From the NCBI GenBank assembly GCA_040755995.1, contig JBFMAF010000023.1, positions 64,001 through 128,000 on the forward strand: DNA of 64,000 nt, read 5' to 3'. Source of the stretch: Acidobacteriota bacterium. GTDB taxonomy: Bacteria > Acidobacteriota > CAIWXX01. A program made the translations under genes and the position numbers. Below, piece by piece: positions 19,357-29,173 of the stretch. Under the pieces are notes generated by a model, which searched no databases, was not told the DNA's origin, and saw only the letters and a list, made by a program, of their open reading frames with translations. The stretch's first letter is position 1, and each line of letters opens with the position of its first letter.

Positions 19357-20949
19357 ATGGTGCGATTCTTCAACACTGAGGGGCCAGTGGACAGCCGAAA
19401 GCACTACTGCCTGCCTCCTCTGTCCCGCTTGGATCTTCCCGACGTGCTCTCGCTGATCGAACGCGAGAAGTACTTCGTCCTTCACGCCCCGCGGCAGACG
19501 GGCAAGACGACGTGCCTGCTCGCCTTGATGGAGTACCTCAACCGCGAAGGGCGCTACCGGTGTCTTTATGTCAACTTCGAGGTCGGCCAGTCCGCACGGG
19601 AGGACGTGCGGCGGGGCATCCGTGCGATCATCGGTGAGATCGGCTCACGAGCGAAGCACCAGTTAGAAGATCCCATCCCTCTGGGGATGATCGGCCCGGT
19701 CCTGGATGAATACGGCGAGGACGGCGCGCTCAACGCGCTGCTGACGCAGTGGGCCGAAGCGAGCCCCCGTCCGCTGGTGCTTCTCGTGGATGAGATCGAC
19801 TCGCTGGTCGGTGACACGCTCATAGCGGTCCTCCGGCAGCTTCGTGCCGGCTATGACAAACGCCCGCGGCTGTTCCCGCAGAGTGTCGTGCTGTGCGGTG
19901 TGCGCGACGTGAAGGACTACCCGATTCACTCTGACCGCGAGAAGACGGTGATCACCGGTGGGAGCGCCTTCAACATCAAGGCGGAGTCGCTCCGGCTGGG
20001 CGATTTCAGCCGAGAGGACGTGACGGTGTTGTACCGGCAGCACACCGAGGAGGCCGGACAGATCTTCGAGGACTCGGCAGTGGAGATGGTGTGGGAGCTG
20101 ACTTGCGGTCAGCCATGGCTGGTCAACGCGCTCGGGTACCAGGCATGCTTCAGAGCGGTGGAGGGGCGCACCCGTTCAAAGCCGGTGGATGCGGAGATGA
20201 TCGCCGATGCCAAGGAGAGCCTGATCCTGCGGCGCGTGACACACCTTCACCAGCTCGCCGACAAGCTCAGAGAGGATCGGGTGAGGCGTGTGGTCGAGCC
20301 GATGTTGCGGGGGGGCGACTTCGACCGGCCGCCCACGGCCGATGACCTCGAGTACGTGATCGATCTCGGGTTGGTCCGCCGGGGTCCGGCCGGCCCGGTG
20401 ATCAGCAACCCGATCTACCGCGAGGTGATCCCGCGCGAGCTCACGCAGATCGTACAGTCTAACATCGAGAGCATAGTCACGCCTCTCTGGTACGTCAGCC
20501 CCGACGGCCGCCTGGACATGATGAAGCTCATGGCGGGGTTCCAGGAGTTTTTCCGCGAGAACTCGGAGGCGTGGCTGGAGAGGTTCGACTACAAGGAGGC
20601 GGTGCCGCAGCTACTGCTGCAGGCTTACTTGCAGAGAGTGGTGAACAGTGCTGGGCGGATCGGGCGAGAGTACGGTCTGGGGCGTGGCCGCGCGGATCTG
20701 CTGGTGATGTGGCGGCATCCGGGCGGGGTGCAGAAGGCGGTAGTCGAGCTCAAGATCCTGCGCAAGTCGCTGGAGCGCACGATAGTCGAAGGACTTCGGC
20801 AGACGGCCGAGTACATGGACCGCTGCGGCGTCTCGATCGACGGTCACCTCGTAATCTTCGACCGCGACCCTGCGAAGAGCTGGGACGCGAAGGTGTTCCA
20901 GCGGGCGGAGACGTTCGGGGGGGAGACGATTCAGGTGTGGGGTATGTGA
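19357..20949 (+). CDS. AAA-family ATPase with C-terminal PD-(D/E)XK-like nuclease domain, copy 1
   Basis: Walker A APRQTGKT, Walker B LLVDEID, C-terminal REY..GRGRADL...VVELK. Confidence 0.85.
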   Translation: MVRFFNTEGPVDSRKHYCLPPLSRLDLPDVLSLIEREKYFVLHAPRQTGKTTCLLALMEYLNREGRYRCLYVNFEVGQSAREDVRRGIRAIIGEIGSRAKHQLEDPIPLGMIGPVLDEYGEDGALNALLTQWAEASPRPLVLLVDEIDSLVGDTLIAVLRQLRAGYDKRPRLFPQSVVLCGVRDVKDYPIHSDREKTVITGGSAFNIKAESLRLGDFSREDVTVLYRQHTEEAGQIFEDSAVEMVWELTCGQPWLVNALGYQACFRAVEGRTRSKPVDAEMIADAKESLILRRVTHLHQLADKLREDRVRRVVEPMLRGGDFDRPPTADDLEYVIDLGLVRRGPAGPVISNPIYREVIPRELTQIVQSNIESIVTPLWYVSPDGRLDMMKLMAGFQEFFRENSEAWLERFDYKEAVPQLLLQAYLQRVVNSAGRIGREYGLGRGRADLLVMWRHPGGVQKAVVELKILRKSLERTIVEGLRQTAEYMDRCGVSIDGHLVIFDRDPAKSWDAKVFQRAETFGGETIQVWGM

Positions 20950-21040
20950 AGAGGTGAGACGTTAGACGATAGACGGAAGACGTGCGCTGCTCCCACCTCG
21001 GGCGTCTCTTCTTTCGTCTGCCGTCTCACGTCTTTCGTCT
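20950..21040 (+). repeat. Heptamer-arm hairpin element R7
   Basis: agaggtgagacgttagacgatagacggaagacgtgcgctgctcccacctcgggcg...ttcgtctgccgtctcacgtctttcgtct. Confidence 0.9.
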
Positions 21041-21044
21041 ACCG

Positions 21045-21585
21045 GCACTCGCCAGGGCTGCAGCGCTCAGTGCCGCCCCGGGGAAGATACGTTGCGTTTC
21101 TCGACGGAGACGACGTGTGACTCCCGGAGAAAACCAAGCTTCAGCTCCAATTCATGGCCGATCGCACCGCGCCCTTCTGCGCGACGAGCTACCGCCGCAT
21201 GACAGAGGGAGGCGAGAAGGCAGGCCGATTGATCCGAGTGCCAGAGAGGATCCGATATGGAGATCTCCTTAAGAACACCTCGATCGCGGCATCGACGGTC
21301 ATGATCGACAGAGCGGTCACCGGGCCCATCCAGACGATCAGCACGTTCCACGACGATTTCGTCCTCTGGCTGAGTCTGCTCAAAAGGGGCCTCGACGGTC
21401 ATGGCCTGAACGAGGACCTCATGCGCCATCGTGTGGTCGCCGGGTCGTACTCGCGCAACAAGCCCATGATGGCCTATCACGTCTGGCGAACGTACAGGGG
21501 GGCGGAACGCCTGGGGTTCGCGTACTCCTGCTGGTAATTCTTGAACTACGCATGGAACGGCTTAAGGAAGTACCGGGCGTTCTGA
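21045..21585 (+). pseudogene. TuaG-like GT2 glycosyltransferase, 5'-truncated, two stops
   Basis: GRYVAFLDGDDV*LPEK (TGA at 21118), STVMID, HDDFVLWL, SRNK, CW*FLNYA (TAA at 21535); begins at the R7 right arm. Confidence 0.8.
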
Positions 21586-21849
21586 CAGTTCACGGGGTTG
21601 GAGCCGCTCTATCGGATCTCGGCTTTCTGGTGATGCCGCGGAGGAGGTCCAGCAGGCGGAGTCCGCGGTAGGCGATGGCGGCAGGGAGCCAATCTCTCAC
21701 CCGATCGAGCAGCGGAAGCGCGAGTCTCCACTGCACCTGAATCCTGTTGTGTCCCTGGTGCCGGTAGGGTGGGAAGCGAAGGAGATCCAGGTGGCGCTCC
21801 AACCACCGCCTTCTGAGGCGACTGGGTGCGATTGTCTCCAGGACTGACT

Positions 21850-22002
21850 GTGAAGATGTGAGACGTTAGACGATAGACGGAAGACGTGAACTGCTGCCGC
21901 CCGGGGCGCCCACCCTTTTCGTCTTCCGTCTCACGTCTTTCGTCTACCGTTGGACGTGAGCTGCTACTGGCTCGCGCGCCCTCCTCTTCCGTCTCCCGTC
22001 TA
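21850..22002 (+). repeat. Heptamer-arm hairpin element R8 (double core)
   Basis: gtgaagatgtgagacgttagacgatagacggaagacgtgaactgctgcc...cgtct...gacgtgagctgctactggctcgcgcgcc...ccgtctcccgtct. Confidence 0.9.
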
Positions 22003-22006
22003 CGCG

Positions 22007-22560
22007 TCAGCTCGGGTGTGCGGGTCTGGTGGGCGAGCTGCATTGACGGGCGATCATCGGCGATGCCGAAGCCACCCCCGGCCAGGGTTGGTTCGTACAC
22101 GCGTGTGTGCAGGTCAGCCCGGTGAGCCCTTTGAGCCCTTTCCGTGGTATCACGTAGAAGGTGCCCCTTCCCGTTCTACCTACCTTCAGCAGCACCCGCT
22201 TGGAAACGAGTTCGTCGAGGTCGCGCGTCGCAGTCGGTTTGGAGACACCGAACGCCTCTTGATAGGCCTTGTTGTCAAGGCGCCGTCTCTGCTTCAGCAG
22301 CGCCACCGCCCTCCGCTGGCGATCGTTCAACCCGAGTCTCTCCACTACCGCCTCAGTCAGCCAATCGCGCCACAACGTTACTACGAGCCCTCCGCCGCGC
22401 TGGTCGAAGTCCGGCTCCGGCAGTCCGCGCTCAGTGCACTGCCGGATCATCATCAGGGTTCCAGTGCCGAACTTCTCGATGTAGCGCGCCAGAAAGAGCG
22501 CTTCGCATATCCTCGCATTGCGCGCGACCGAGGCATGCGGCTCGCGCAGGCGGGCGGGCG
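22007..22560 (-). pseudogene. C-terminal fragment of an AlbA/RecG-C-like ATP-binding regulator (wHTH)
   Basis: PHASVARNARICEALFLARYIEKFGTG...LPEPDF...LNDRQ...TATRDLDELV; 5' end cut at R9. Confidence 0.75.
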
Positions 22561-22577
22561 TACCGCAGCCACCTGGG

Positions 22578-22621
22578 GCGTCTCCCGTCTCTCATGTTTT
22601 CCGTCTCCCGTCTCCCGTCTC
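22578..22621 (+). repeat. Right arm of heptamer element, R9
   Basis: cgtctcccgtctctcatgttttccgtctcccgtctcccgtctc. Confidence 0.8.
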
Positions 22622-22674
22622 GCCTCTAAACCTCTAAACGGTGCATCACGAGTCCGGCGTGCTATAATCTCGAA

Positions 22675-24267
22675 ATGGCGCGATTCTTCAACACTGAAGG
22701 GCCCGTAGATGCACGGAAGCACTACTGCCTGCCTGCTCTGTCCCGCCTCGATCTTCCCGACGTGCTCTCGCTGATCGAACGCGAGAAGTACTTCGTCCTT
22801 CACGCCCCGCGGCAGACGGGCAAGACGACATGCATGCTCGCCTTGATGGAGTACCTCAACCGCGAAGGGCGCTATCGTTGCCTCTACGCGAACTTCGAGG
22901 TGGCACAGTCTGCGCGCGAGGACGTGCGCCGGGGCATCCGTGCCATCCTCGGTGAGATTGGCTCGCGAGCGAGGCACACCTTAGGCGATCCCATCCCTCT
23001 GGACGCGATGGGCCCCCTTCTAGACCAATACGGCGAAGATGCTGCGCTCAACGCGTTGTTGACGCAGTGGGCCGAAACCGGCCCCCGCCCGCTGGTGCTT
23101 CTGGTGGACGAGATCGACTCCCTGGTCGGCGACACCCTGATCGCGGTCCTCCGGCAGCTTCGTGCCGGCTACGACAAACGTCCGCGGCTGTTTCCGCAGA
23201 GCGTCGTCCTGTGCGGTGTTCGCGACGTCAAGGAGTACCGCATTCACTCGGACCGCGAAAAGGCAGTCATCACAGGGGGGAGCGCTTTCAACATCAAGGC
23301 CAAGTCGCTGCGCCTTGGGGACTTCAGCCAGGAAGAGATGACAGCGCTCTATCGGCAGCACGCCGAGGAGACGGGGCAGGTGTTCGAGGGTGAGGCAATC
23401 GAGGTTGCCTGGGAACTGACCCGCGGCCAGCCGTGGCTGGTGAACGCCCTCGCTTACGAGGCCTGCTTCGAGATGCCGGGAACTCAAGACCGGTCGAGCC
23501 CCATCACCGGGGCGACGATAGAGGAGGCGAAAGAGCGACTGATCTTGTACCGGGTGACTCACCTCGACCAGCTCGCGGACAAGCTGAGGGAGGATCGCGT
23601 GAGGCGTGTGGTCGAGCCGATGTTGCGGGGGGGCGACTTCGACCGGCCGCCTACCGCTGATGACCTGGAGTATGCGATCGACCTGGGATTGGTACGCCGG
23701 GGTCCGGCCGGCCCGGAGATCAGCAACCCGATTTACCGCGAGGTGATCCCGCGCGAGCTGACGCAGATCGTACAGTCCAACATCGAGAGCATAGTCACGC
23801 CTCTCTGGTACGTCACCGCGGACGGCCGCCTGGACATGATGAAGCTCATGGCGGGGTTCCAGGATTTTTTCCGGGAAAACTCGGAGGCGTGGCTGGAGAG
23901 GTTCGACTACAAGGAGGCGGGGCCGCAGCTACTGCTGCAGGCGTTCTTGCAGAGAGTGGTGAACAGTTCTGGGCGGATCGGGCGAGAGTACGGTCTGGGG
24001 CGTGGCCGCGCGGATCTGCTGGTGATGTGGCGGCATCCGGGCGGGGTGCAGAAGGCGGTAGTCGAGCTCAAGATCCTGCGCAAGTCGCTGAAGCGCACGA
24101 TAGCCGAAGGAGTTCGGCAGACGGCCGAGTACATGGACCGCTGCGGCGTCTCGATCGACGGTCACCTCGTAATCTTCGACCGCGACCCTGCGAAGAGCTG
24201 GGACGCGAAGGTGTTCCAGCGGACGGAGACGTTCGAGGGCAAGACGATTCAGGTGTGGGGAATGTAG
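22675..24267 (+). CDS. AAA-family ATPase with PD-(D/E)XK-like domain, copy 2
   Basis: Same length (530 aa) and motifs as 19357-20949; same promoter. Confidence 0.85.
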   Translation: MARFFNTEGPVDARKHYCLPALSRLDLPDVLSLIEREKYFVLHAPRQTGKTTCMLALMEYLNREGRYRCLYANFEVAQSAREDVRRGIRAILGEIGSRARHTLGDPIPLDAMGPLLDQYGEDAALNALLTQWAETGPRPLVLLVDEIDSLVGDTLIAVLRQLRAGYDKRPRLFPQSVVLCGVRDVKEYRIHSDREKAVITGGSAFNIKAKSLRLGDFSQEEMTALYRQHAEETGQVFEGEAIEVAWELTRGQPWLVNALAYEACFEMPGTQDRSSPITGATIEEAKERLILYRVTHLDQLADKLREDRVRRVVEPMLRGGDFDRPPTADDLEYAIDLGLVRRGPAGPEISNPIYREVIPRELTQIVQSNIESIVTPLWYVTADGRLDMMKLMAGFQDFFRENSEAWLERFDYKEAGPQLLLQAFLQRVVNSSGRIGREYGLGRGRADLLVMWRHPGGVQKAVVELKILRKSLKRTIAEGVRQTAEYMDRCGVSIDGHLVIFDRDPAKSWDAKVFQRTETFEGKTIQVWGM

Positions 24268-24348
24268 GACGGAAGACGATAGACGTTAGACGTGCGCTGC
24301 TACTACCTCGCGCGCCCTCGTCTTCCGTCTCCCGTCTATCGTCTTACG
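24268..24348 (+). repeat. Heptamer-arm hairpin element R10 (clearest example)
   Basis: gacggaagacgatagacgttagacg-tgcgctgctactacctcgcgcgccct-cgtcttccgtctcccgtctatcgtcttacg, between two convergent stops. Confidence 0.92.
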
Positions 24349-26099
24349 TGTTCCGCGTGGCACTCCTCGCGGTGCACCAGCTCCCACCCGTGGAAGACGG
24401 CAAGCAGTTTGCGGAGCTTCGTCGCACCGGGTGTAGCCTGCACGAACGGGTCCTGCGCATATTTCGAGAGCTGCTCGGTCGCCTCTCCGATCTTCGCCTC
24501 GAGCAGCTGCCCGTTGAGCTCGCCGCGCCTGAGGTACTTCAGCTCCAACAAGTACGAGTGCCCGATTTCCGGGTATTTGGCTAGGAACGGCTGGAAGTAG
24601 ATGTCGGCGAAGCCCTTGTTCATTTCCACCTCGGAGCGCGTGATGTATATGTCGGTGATGTTGAGCTAGGCGAGGAGGAATGTGCGCAATGCGGTCTCGC
24701 CCTGGATGTAGTCGCGGATGGAAGTCTGTTCGCTCAACGCATTGGCGAGGTAGTCGAGCACGGGTTCCCACTCGCCGGCGAAGGCCATCCGGGAGATCAG
24801 CCTTCCGTACTCGCCGACATCCATCCTGAAGATGTCGACGTCCTCGTAGCCTTCGCGGAGGTACTCGTAGAATAGCGAGCGCACGGTGAGATTGGGAATC
24901 CTCAGGACGGTCTGTCCCCTTTCTCTCCGGCCGATTGTGAGGAGGCCCAGGTAGTATAGCAGCGAGAGGAAGACGTCCGGGTTCAGGAGGCGCTCTGCGG
25001 GGAAGGCCTGCTGGAGTGTGGTGGCGATTTCCTCGCCCTCTGCGATCTCTTTCAGCCGTGAGAAGCTCCCGTTGAGGCGACGGTCGATCATCACCAGGTG
25101 CCGGAGCTTCTCGTAGTCAGTCTTGACGTTGGGATCCACGAGATCCAGAGGCAGCGACCCCGTTCTTACGGCTGTGCCCACGGCATACAGTACCATGTCG
25201 CTGTTGTACACCGTCTGTGCGCCCACAGGGGAGAAGCGGTAGTTCCCGTACCACTCATGCAGCAGTGGCGGGCGATCACCCGTGTCCTCCTTCAGCAACC
25301 CTGCCATGCCATAGTACTCCAGCAGGGTGTCGGTCTCACCCTCTGTGAAGCCGAGCATGCCCGAGAGATCGCCGTCAAGGGTGACGTTCGTGCCGATGTT
25401 GAATCCGCTGGTCACATCATCCATCGTCACCGGCGAGACGCCGGTGATGAAAAGCCTTGCAACGCTAGCGCCTGAGCCTGTCGTTCCCGCCTTCAGGACG
25501 TTGAAGAAGTGCCGGAAGAACCCATGTCCGTGCGTCAGATCGCGGTAGGAGTTCTCACCATAGCTCGAGAGGATCGTGTTGGCGAAGTTGTCGTACTCGT
25601 CGATCAGGACATACAGTCTCTGTCCCGCCTCCTTCACCCTCCTGATGACGTGGGATACCCTTTCGGAGGACCGGCCGGCCGTCTGCAGCTCGTCGAGGGA
25701 GCCCTCCGGCAGAACTGTCGTGTATCTGTTTCGGAAGTACTCGGTCTGTTCCCTGACATGGAACTCGAAGGATTCCTCGACATGGCGGACATCGGGGTTG
25801 ACGCCCGAGAAGTTGAAGCTCAGGATCAGGTAGGTGTTGTGCTCATCGGTCGGATGGTCGTGAATTGAGGTGCCTGAGAAGATCGAGTCGAAATCGTCCG
25901 TGCGTGCCAGGTCGTACTAGCAGTCGAGCACCGACAGCCAGAGCGACTTGCCGAAGCGGCGCGGGCGAAGGAAGAGAAGGTACTTCCCGGCCTGCTCCAG
26001 CAACGGGATGTACCGAGTCTTGTCGACGTAGTAGTAGTTTTCCCGCCGCATGGCGAGGAAGTCCGATATCCCGTACGGTATACGTTTCGGGCTGTTCAT
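24336..26099 (-). pseudogene. AAA-ATPase-like plus PD-(D/E)XK (DUF1703-type) protein with two in-frame TAG codons
   Basis: IPYGISDF, YYVDKT, RPRRFGKSL, LIDEYD, FITGVSP and GFADI..LLELKY all in one frame; TAG at 25917-25919 and 24666-24668. Confidence 0.85.
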
Positions 26100-26140
26100 G
26101 CCTCTATTCTACACGCAGCCGATGCAACAAGGAATGCCAC

Positions 26141-26246
26141 GTGACGCATCTCGACCAGCTCGCCGACAAGCTCAAGGAGGACCGCGAAGGTGTTCCAGCG
26201 GGCGGAGACATTCGAGGGCAAGACGATTCAGGTGTGGGGAATGTAA
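26141..26246 (+). pseudogene. Internally deleted AAA-ATPase remnant
   Basis: VTHLDQLADKLKEDR joined to KVFQRAETFEGKTIQVWGM*. Confidence 0.85.
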
Positions 26247-26331
26247 GACGTCAGACAAGAGACGTTTGACGTAAGACGTGAGCTGCTACTACCTCGCGCG
26301 CCTTCGTCTCCCGTCTTCCGTCTCCCGTCTT
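26246..26331 (+). repeat. Heptamer-arm hairpin element R11
   Basis: agacgtcagacaagagacgtttgacgtaagacgtgagctgctactacctcgcgcgccttcgtctcccgtcttccgtctcccgtct. Confidence 0.9.
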
Positions 26332-26845
26332 TGATCTCCTGCGCGTCGGCGGTGATCGAGCGGTGCGTGCTACGCTCGCCGGGCCGCGCTGTGTAAGGCA
26401 GATCGCTGGTCTCGAGCGACAAGAGCCATCGGACCTCCGCGCCGGCGAGCTCCACGAACCCGCCCATGCGCCGCCGCTCGCGCAGGTGCACCTCGGAACG
26501 CTGCATCGGACCGAAGAGCCAGATAAGCAGATCGAAGAAGTGGATACCGATGTTGGTGGCTATGCCGCCCGAGCGTTCCTCGATCCCCTTCCACGACATG
26601 TCGTACCATCGCCCGCGGCTTGTGACATATGTGAGCACGACCTGGCGTCGGGTGCTGCGCGTCTCGGCGTCGAGTTTCTGCTTGAGCTCGATGAGCGCGG
26701 GATGGACGCGGAGTTGCAGCACCGTGTAGACGCGCCGGCCCGACTCGGGTTCGATCTGCTCGATCGCATCCAGGTTCCACGGGTTGATGACGAGTGGCTT
26801 CTCGCAGAGCGCGTGTGCGCCGTTGCGCAGCGCCATGCGCCCTAT
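26332..26845 (-). pseudogene. wbpB: WbpB central fragment, second copy
   Basis: RMALRNGAHALCEKPLVINPWNLD...GGIATNIGIHFFD...RSITADAQEI, cut by R11. Confidence 0.85.
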
Positions 26846-27008
26846 CGATTTGCATGTCGCAGGGGCAGTTCGACCGGGCGTGGGGGTGAGGGAGGCGTGA
26901 GGGATCGACTTGGCTACAGGGGGGCTGAGGGCAGGTAGGATCTTCGGCGTGGGCGTGAAGCGGGATGCGGGGGATAGTGGAGGGGTTTGAGGTGGAAGTC
27001 CGAACGGC

Positions 27009-28181
27009 TCAGGTTCGCAGACGATCGAGCCGGCGGCAGGCCTCCTCGAGGTCGGCGTCCTCTTTGGCGTAGCAGAAGCGGAGCAGGTTCTCGCCGGCAC
27101 CGTCGTGGTAGAAGGCCTCCCCAGGGACGCTGGCGACGCCCGTCTCTTCCAACAGGAACATGGCCTTCTGCTTGCTGGTGCGCCCTGGGAGATACGATGC
27201 ATCAGCGAGGATGTAATACGCCCCTTGCGGAAGCGGGAACTGAAATCCCGCGTGATGCAACGCATCGCTGATACGCATTCGCTTCCGGTCGAAGGCCCGC
27301 TGGAGCTCAGCATAATAATCGGGAGAGACCCCCGCTATGCCCGCTGCCACACCCGCCTGCAGGGGGGCGGGTGCACAGATATAGATCAGATCGTTGACGT
27401 GCCCGATCCGCTCGGCCCAGCGCGCGGAGCAGACGCAGTAGCCGACGCGCCAACCCGTGATGCTGTAGGTCTTCGAGTAGCCCGAGATCGTGATCGTGCG
27501 TTCAGCGATCTCGGGAAGCGCGCCTGGGCTGATGTGGCTTCGCCCATCGTACACGAAGTACTCGTATATCTCGTCTGTGAGCACGAACAGGTCATGCTTT
27601 AGGGCGGTATCGGCAATCCCGCGCAGTTCTTCCTGCGTGTACACCTTGCCCGTGGGATTGCCGGGCGTATTGAGGAGGATCGCCTTCGTGCGCGGCCCGA
27701 CGGCTCGCTCCAGGTCTTCGAGTGAGTAGTCCCAGTCAGGTGGTCGCATTGAGACGAATCTTGGCACTGCATCCACGGCGAGCAGAGTGCTGAGGTGATA
27801 TCCGTAGTATGGCTCGAACAGGATAACCTCATCGCCCGGGTCGAGAAGGGCCATACACGCGCAGTAGAGCGCCCCAGTGGACCCGGCGCTCACGACGACT
27901 TCAGTTTCGGGATCTGCTGTGATGCCGTTGTATTCGAGCATCTTCCGTGCGATGGCCTCTCGAAGTACCGCCAGCCCGTCGTGTCTCGTGTAGGAGTTGA
28001 CTCCCTGCTTCATCGCTTGCCACGCCCCGTCAATAACCGGTTCAGGCACGGCCATGTCGCAGACGCCTTGGGCGAGATTGACGCCTCCAACCTTCGCGCA
28101 CTCGACCGTCATCGTCCGGATCTCCGCCTTCGCGATGCATTCCGATCGGCCGCTGAGCGAGAGTTTCGGTGCCGACATCAA
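27009..28181 (-). CDS. Class I/II PLP-dependent aminotransferase
   Basis: NLAQG, NTPGNPTG, DEIYE and SKTYSITGWRVG motifs. Confidence 0.92.
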   Translation of the reverse strand: MMSAPKLSLSGRSECIAKAEIRTMTVECAKVGGVNLAQGVCDMAVPEPVIDGAWQAMKQGVNSYTRHDGLAVLREAIARKMLEYNGITADPETEVVVSAGSTGALYCACMALLDPGDEVILFEPYYGYHLSTLLAVDAVPRFVSMRPPDWDYSLEDLERAVGPRTKAILLNTPGNPTGKVYTQEELRGIADTALKHDLFVLTDEIYEYFVYDGRSHISPGALPEIAERTITISGYSKTYSITGWRVGYCVCSARWAERIGHVNDLIYICAPAPLQAGVAAGIAGVSPDYYAELQRAFDRKRMRISDALHHAGFQFPLPQGAYYILADASYLPGRTSKQKAMFLLEETGVASVPGEAFYHDGAGENLLRFCYAKEDADLEEACRRLDRLRT

Positions 28182-29173
28182 GACTCACGCGCAGGACATG
28201 CGATAAGCGCTTCGACTGCGTTCACAATATCTCCGGATCCGGGATAGTACGCGGCTTCCAGGGTCCGACTTGCGGGAGCCGGCAGGTCGGGCAGCGCAAG
28301 GCGTCTCACTGGTGCCTTCAGCTGAACCCAGCATGTCTCCGCAACATGGGCGGCGACCTCGGCGCCGAAGCCTCCTGTCCGCCAGCCGACGTCGCAGACC
28401 AGGGCCCTGCCAGTTCTCTCCACGGACGCAGCAACGCATGGAGCATCCCATGGCTTGAGCGACCGGAGATCGATCACTTCGCACGAAATGCCGTTCTCTT
28501 GCAAACAAGATGCGGCTTCGAGGGCCTTGGGTGCGAGGTATGAGAATGCCACGATCGTGGCGTCCTTCCCGCTACGGCGGACCACTGCCTCACCGATCGT
28601 CACCTCGTATGTTGCTTCCGGGACGTCCTCCTCCAGACCATAGAGCCATCTGTCGTCGACGAAGAGCACAGGGTCCTCATCGCGTATCGCTGCCACCATC
28701 AGCCCCTTGGCGTCGCACGGGGTGGAAGGCGCGACGACCTTTAGCCCGGGAACGTGTGCGAAGAGTGAGTGCAGTGCCTGCGAATGCTGGGCCGCCTGCT
28801 CGCCGCCTCTGTTGATGATTCCCCAGAAAACGACGGGGACCCTAGCGGACCCTCCACTCATGTATCGCCAGTTTGCTGCCTGGTTGATGATCGGGTCCAT
28901 CGCGTACAACATGAAGTCCATTCGTGGATGGACCACAACAGGCCTGAGGGCGGCCATGGCGGCTCCAACGCCCAGCCCTGTTACCGCGTTCTCAGAGACC
29001 GGGGTGTCGAATACGCGCCTGTCCCCAAACTCCTCAAGCAGCCCCTTGCAGGTGTTCCCCACATACCACGGGCTCTTCACGCCCTGGCCGATCACCACCA
29101 CGGAAGGGTCTTCCATCATAGCCTGCCGGAGGGCTTCGTTGATGGCCAAGCTGAATGTGAGTTTACGGCTCAT
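28178..29173 (-). CDS. TPP-dependent dehydrogenase E1 beta-like subunit
   Basis: DTPVSE, AQHSQ, PGLKVVAP and EVIDLRSLKPWD motifs. Confidence 0.92.
   Translation of the reverse strand: MSRKLTFSLAINEALRQAMMEDPSVVVIGQGVKSPWYVGNTCKGLLEEFGDRRVFDTPVSENAVTGLGVGAAMAALRPVVVHPRMDFMLYAMDPIINQAANWRYMSGGSARVPVVFWGIINRGGEQAAQHSQALHSLFAHVPGLKVVAPSTPCDAKGLMVAAIRDEDPVLFVDDRWLYGLEEDVPEATYEVTIGEAVVRRSGKDATIVAFSYLAPKALEAASCLQENGISCEVIDLRSLKPWDAPCVAASVERTGRALVCDVGWRTGGFGAEVAAHVAETCWVQLKAPVRRLALPDLPAPASRTLEAAYYPGSGDIVNAVEALIACPARES

Noticed and set aside
26850..27000. G-rich tract at the cluster/wbpB junction as a G-quadruplex or recombination signal
   Set aside because: G-runs are irregular and unremarkable at this GC content, and there is no second copy.
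26228..27313. 361-aa ORF as a real gene
   Set aside because: It is an open frame running from the aminotransferase shadow through an intergenic tract, the wbpB fragment and repeat R11.
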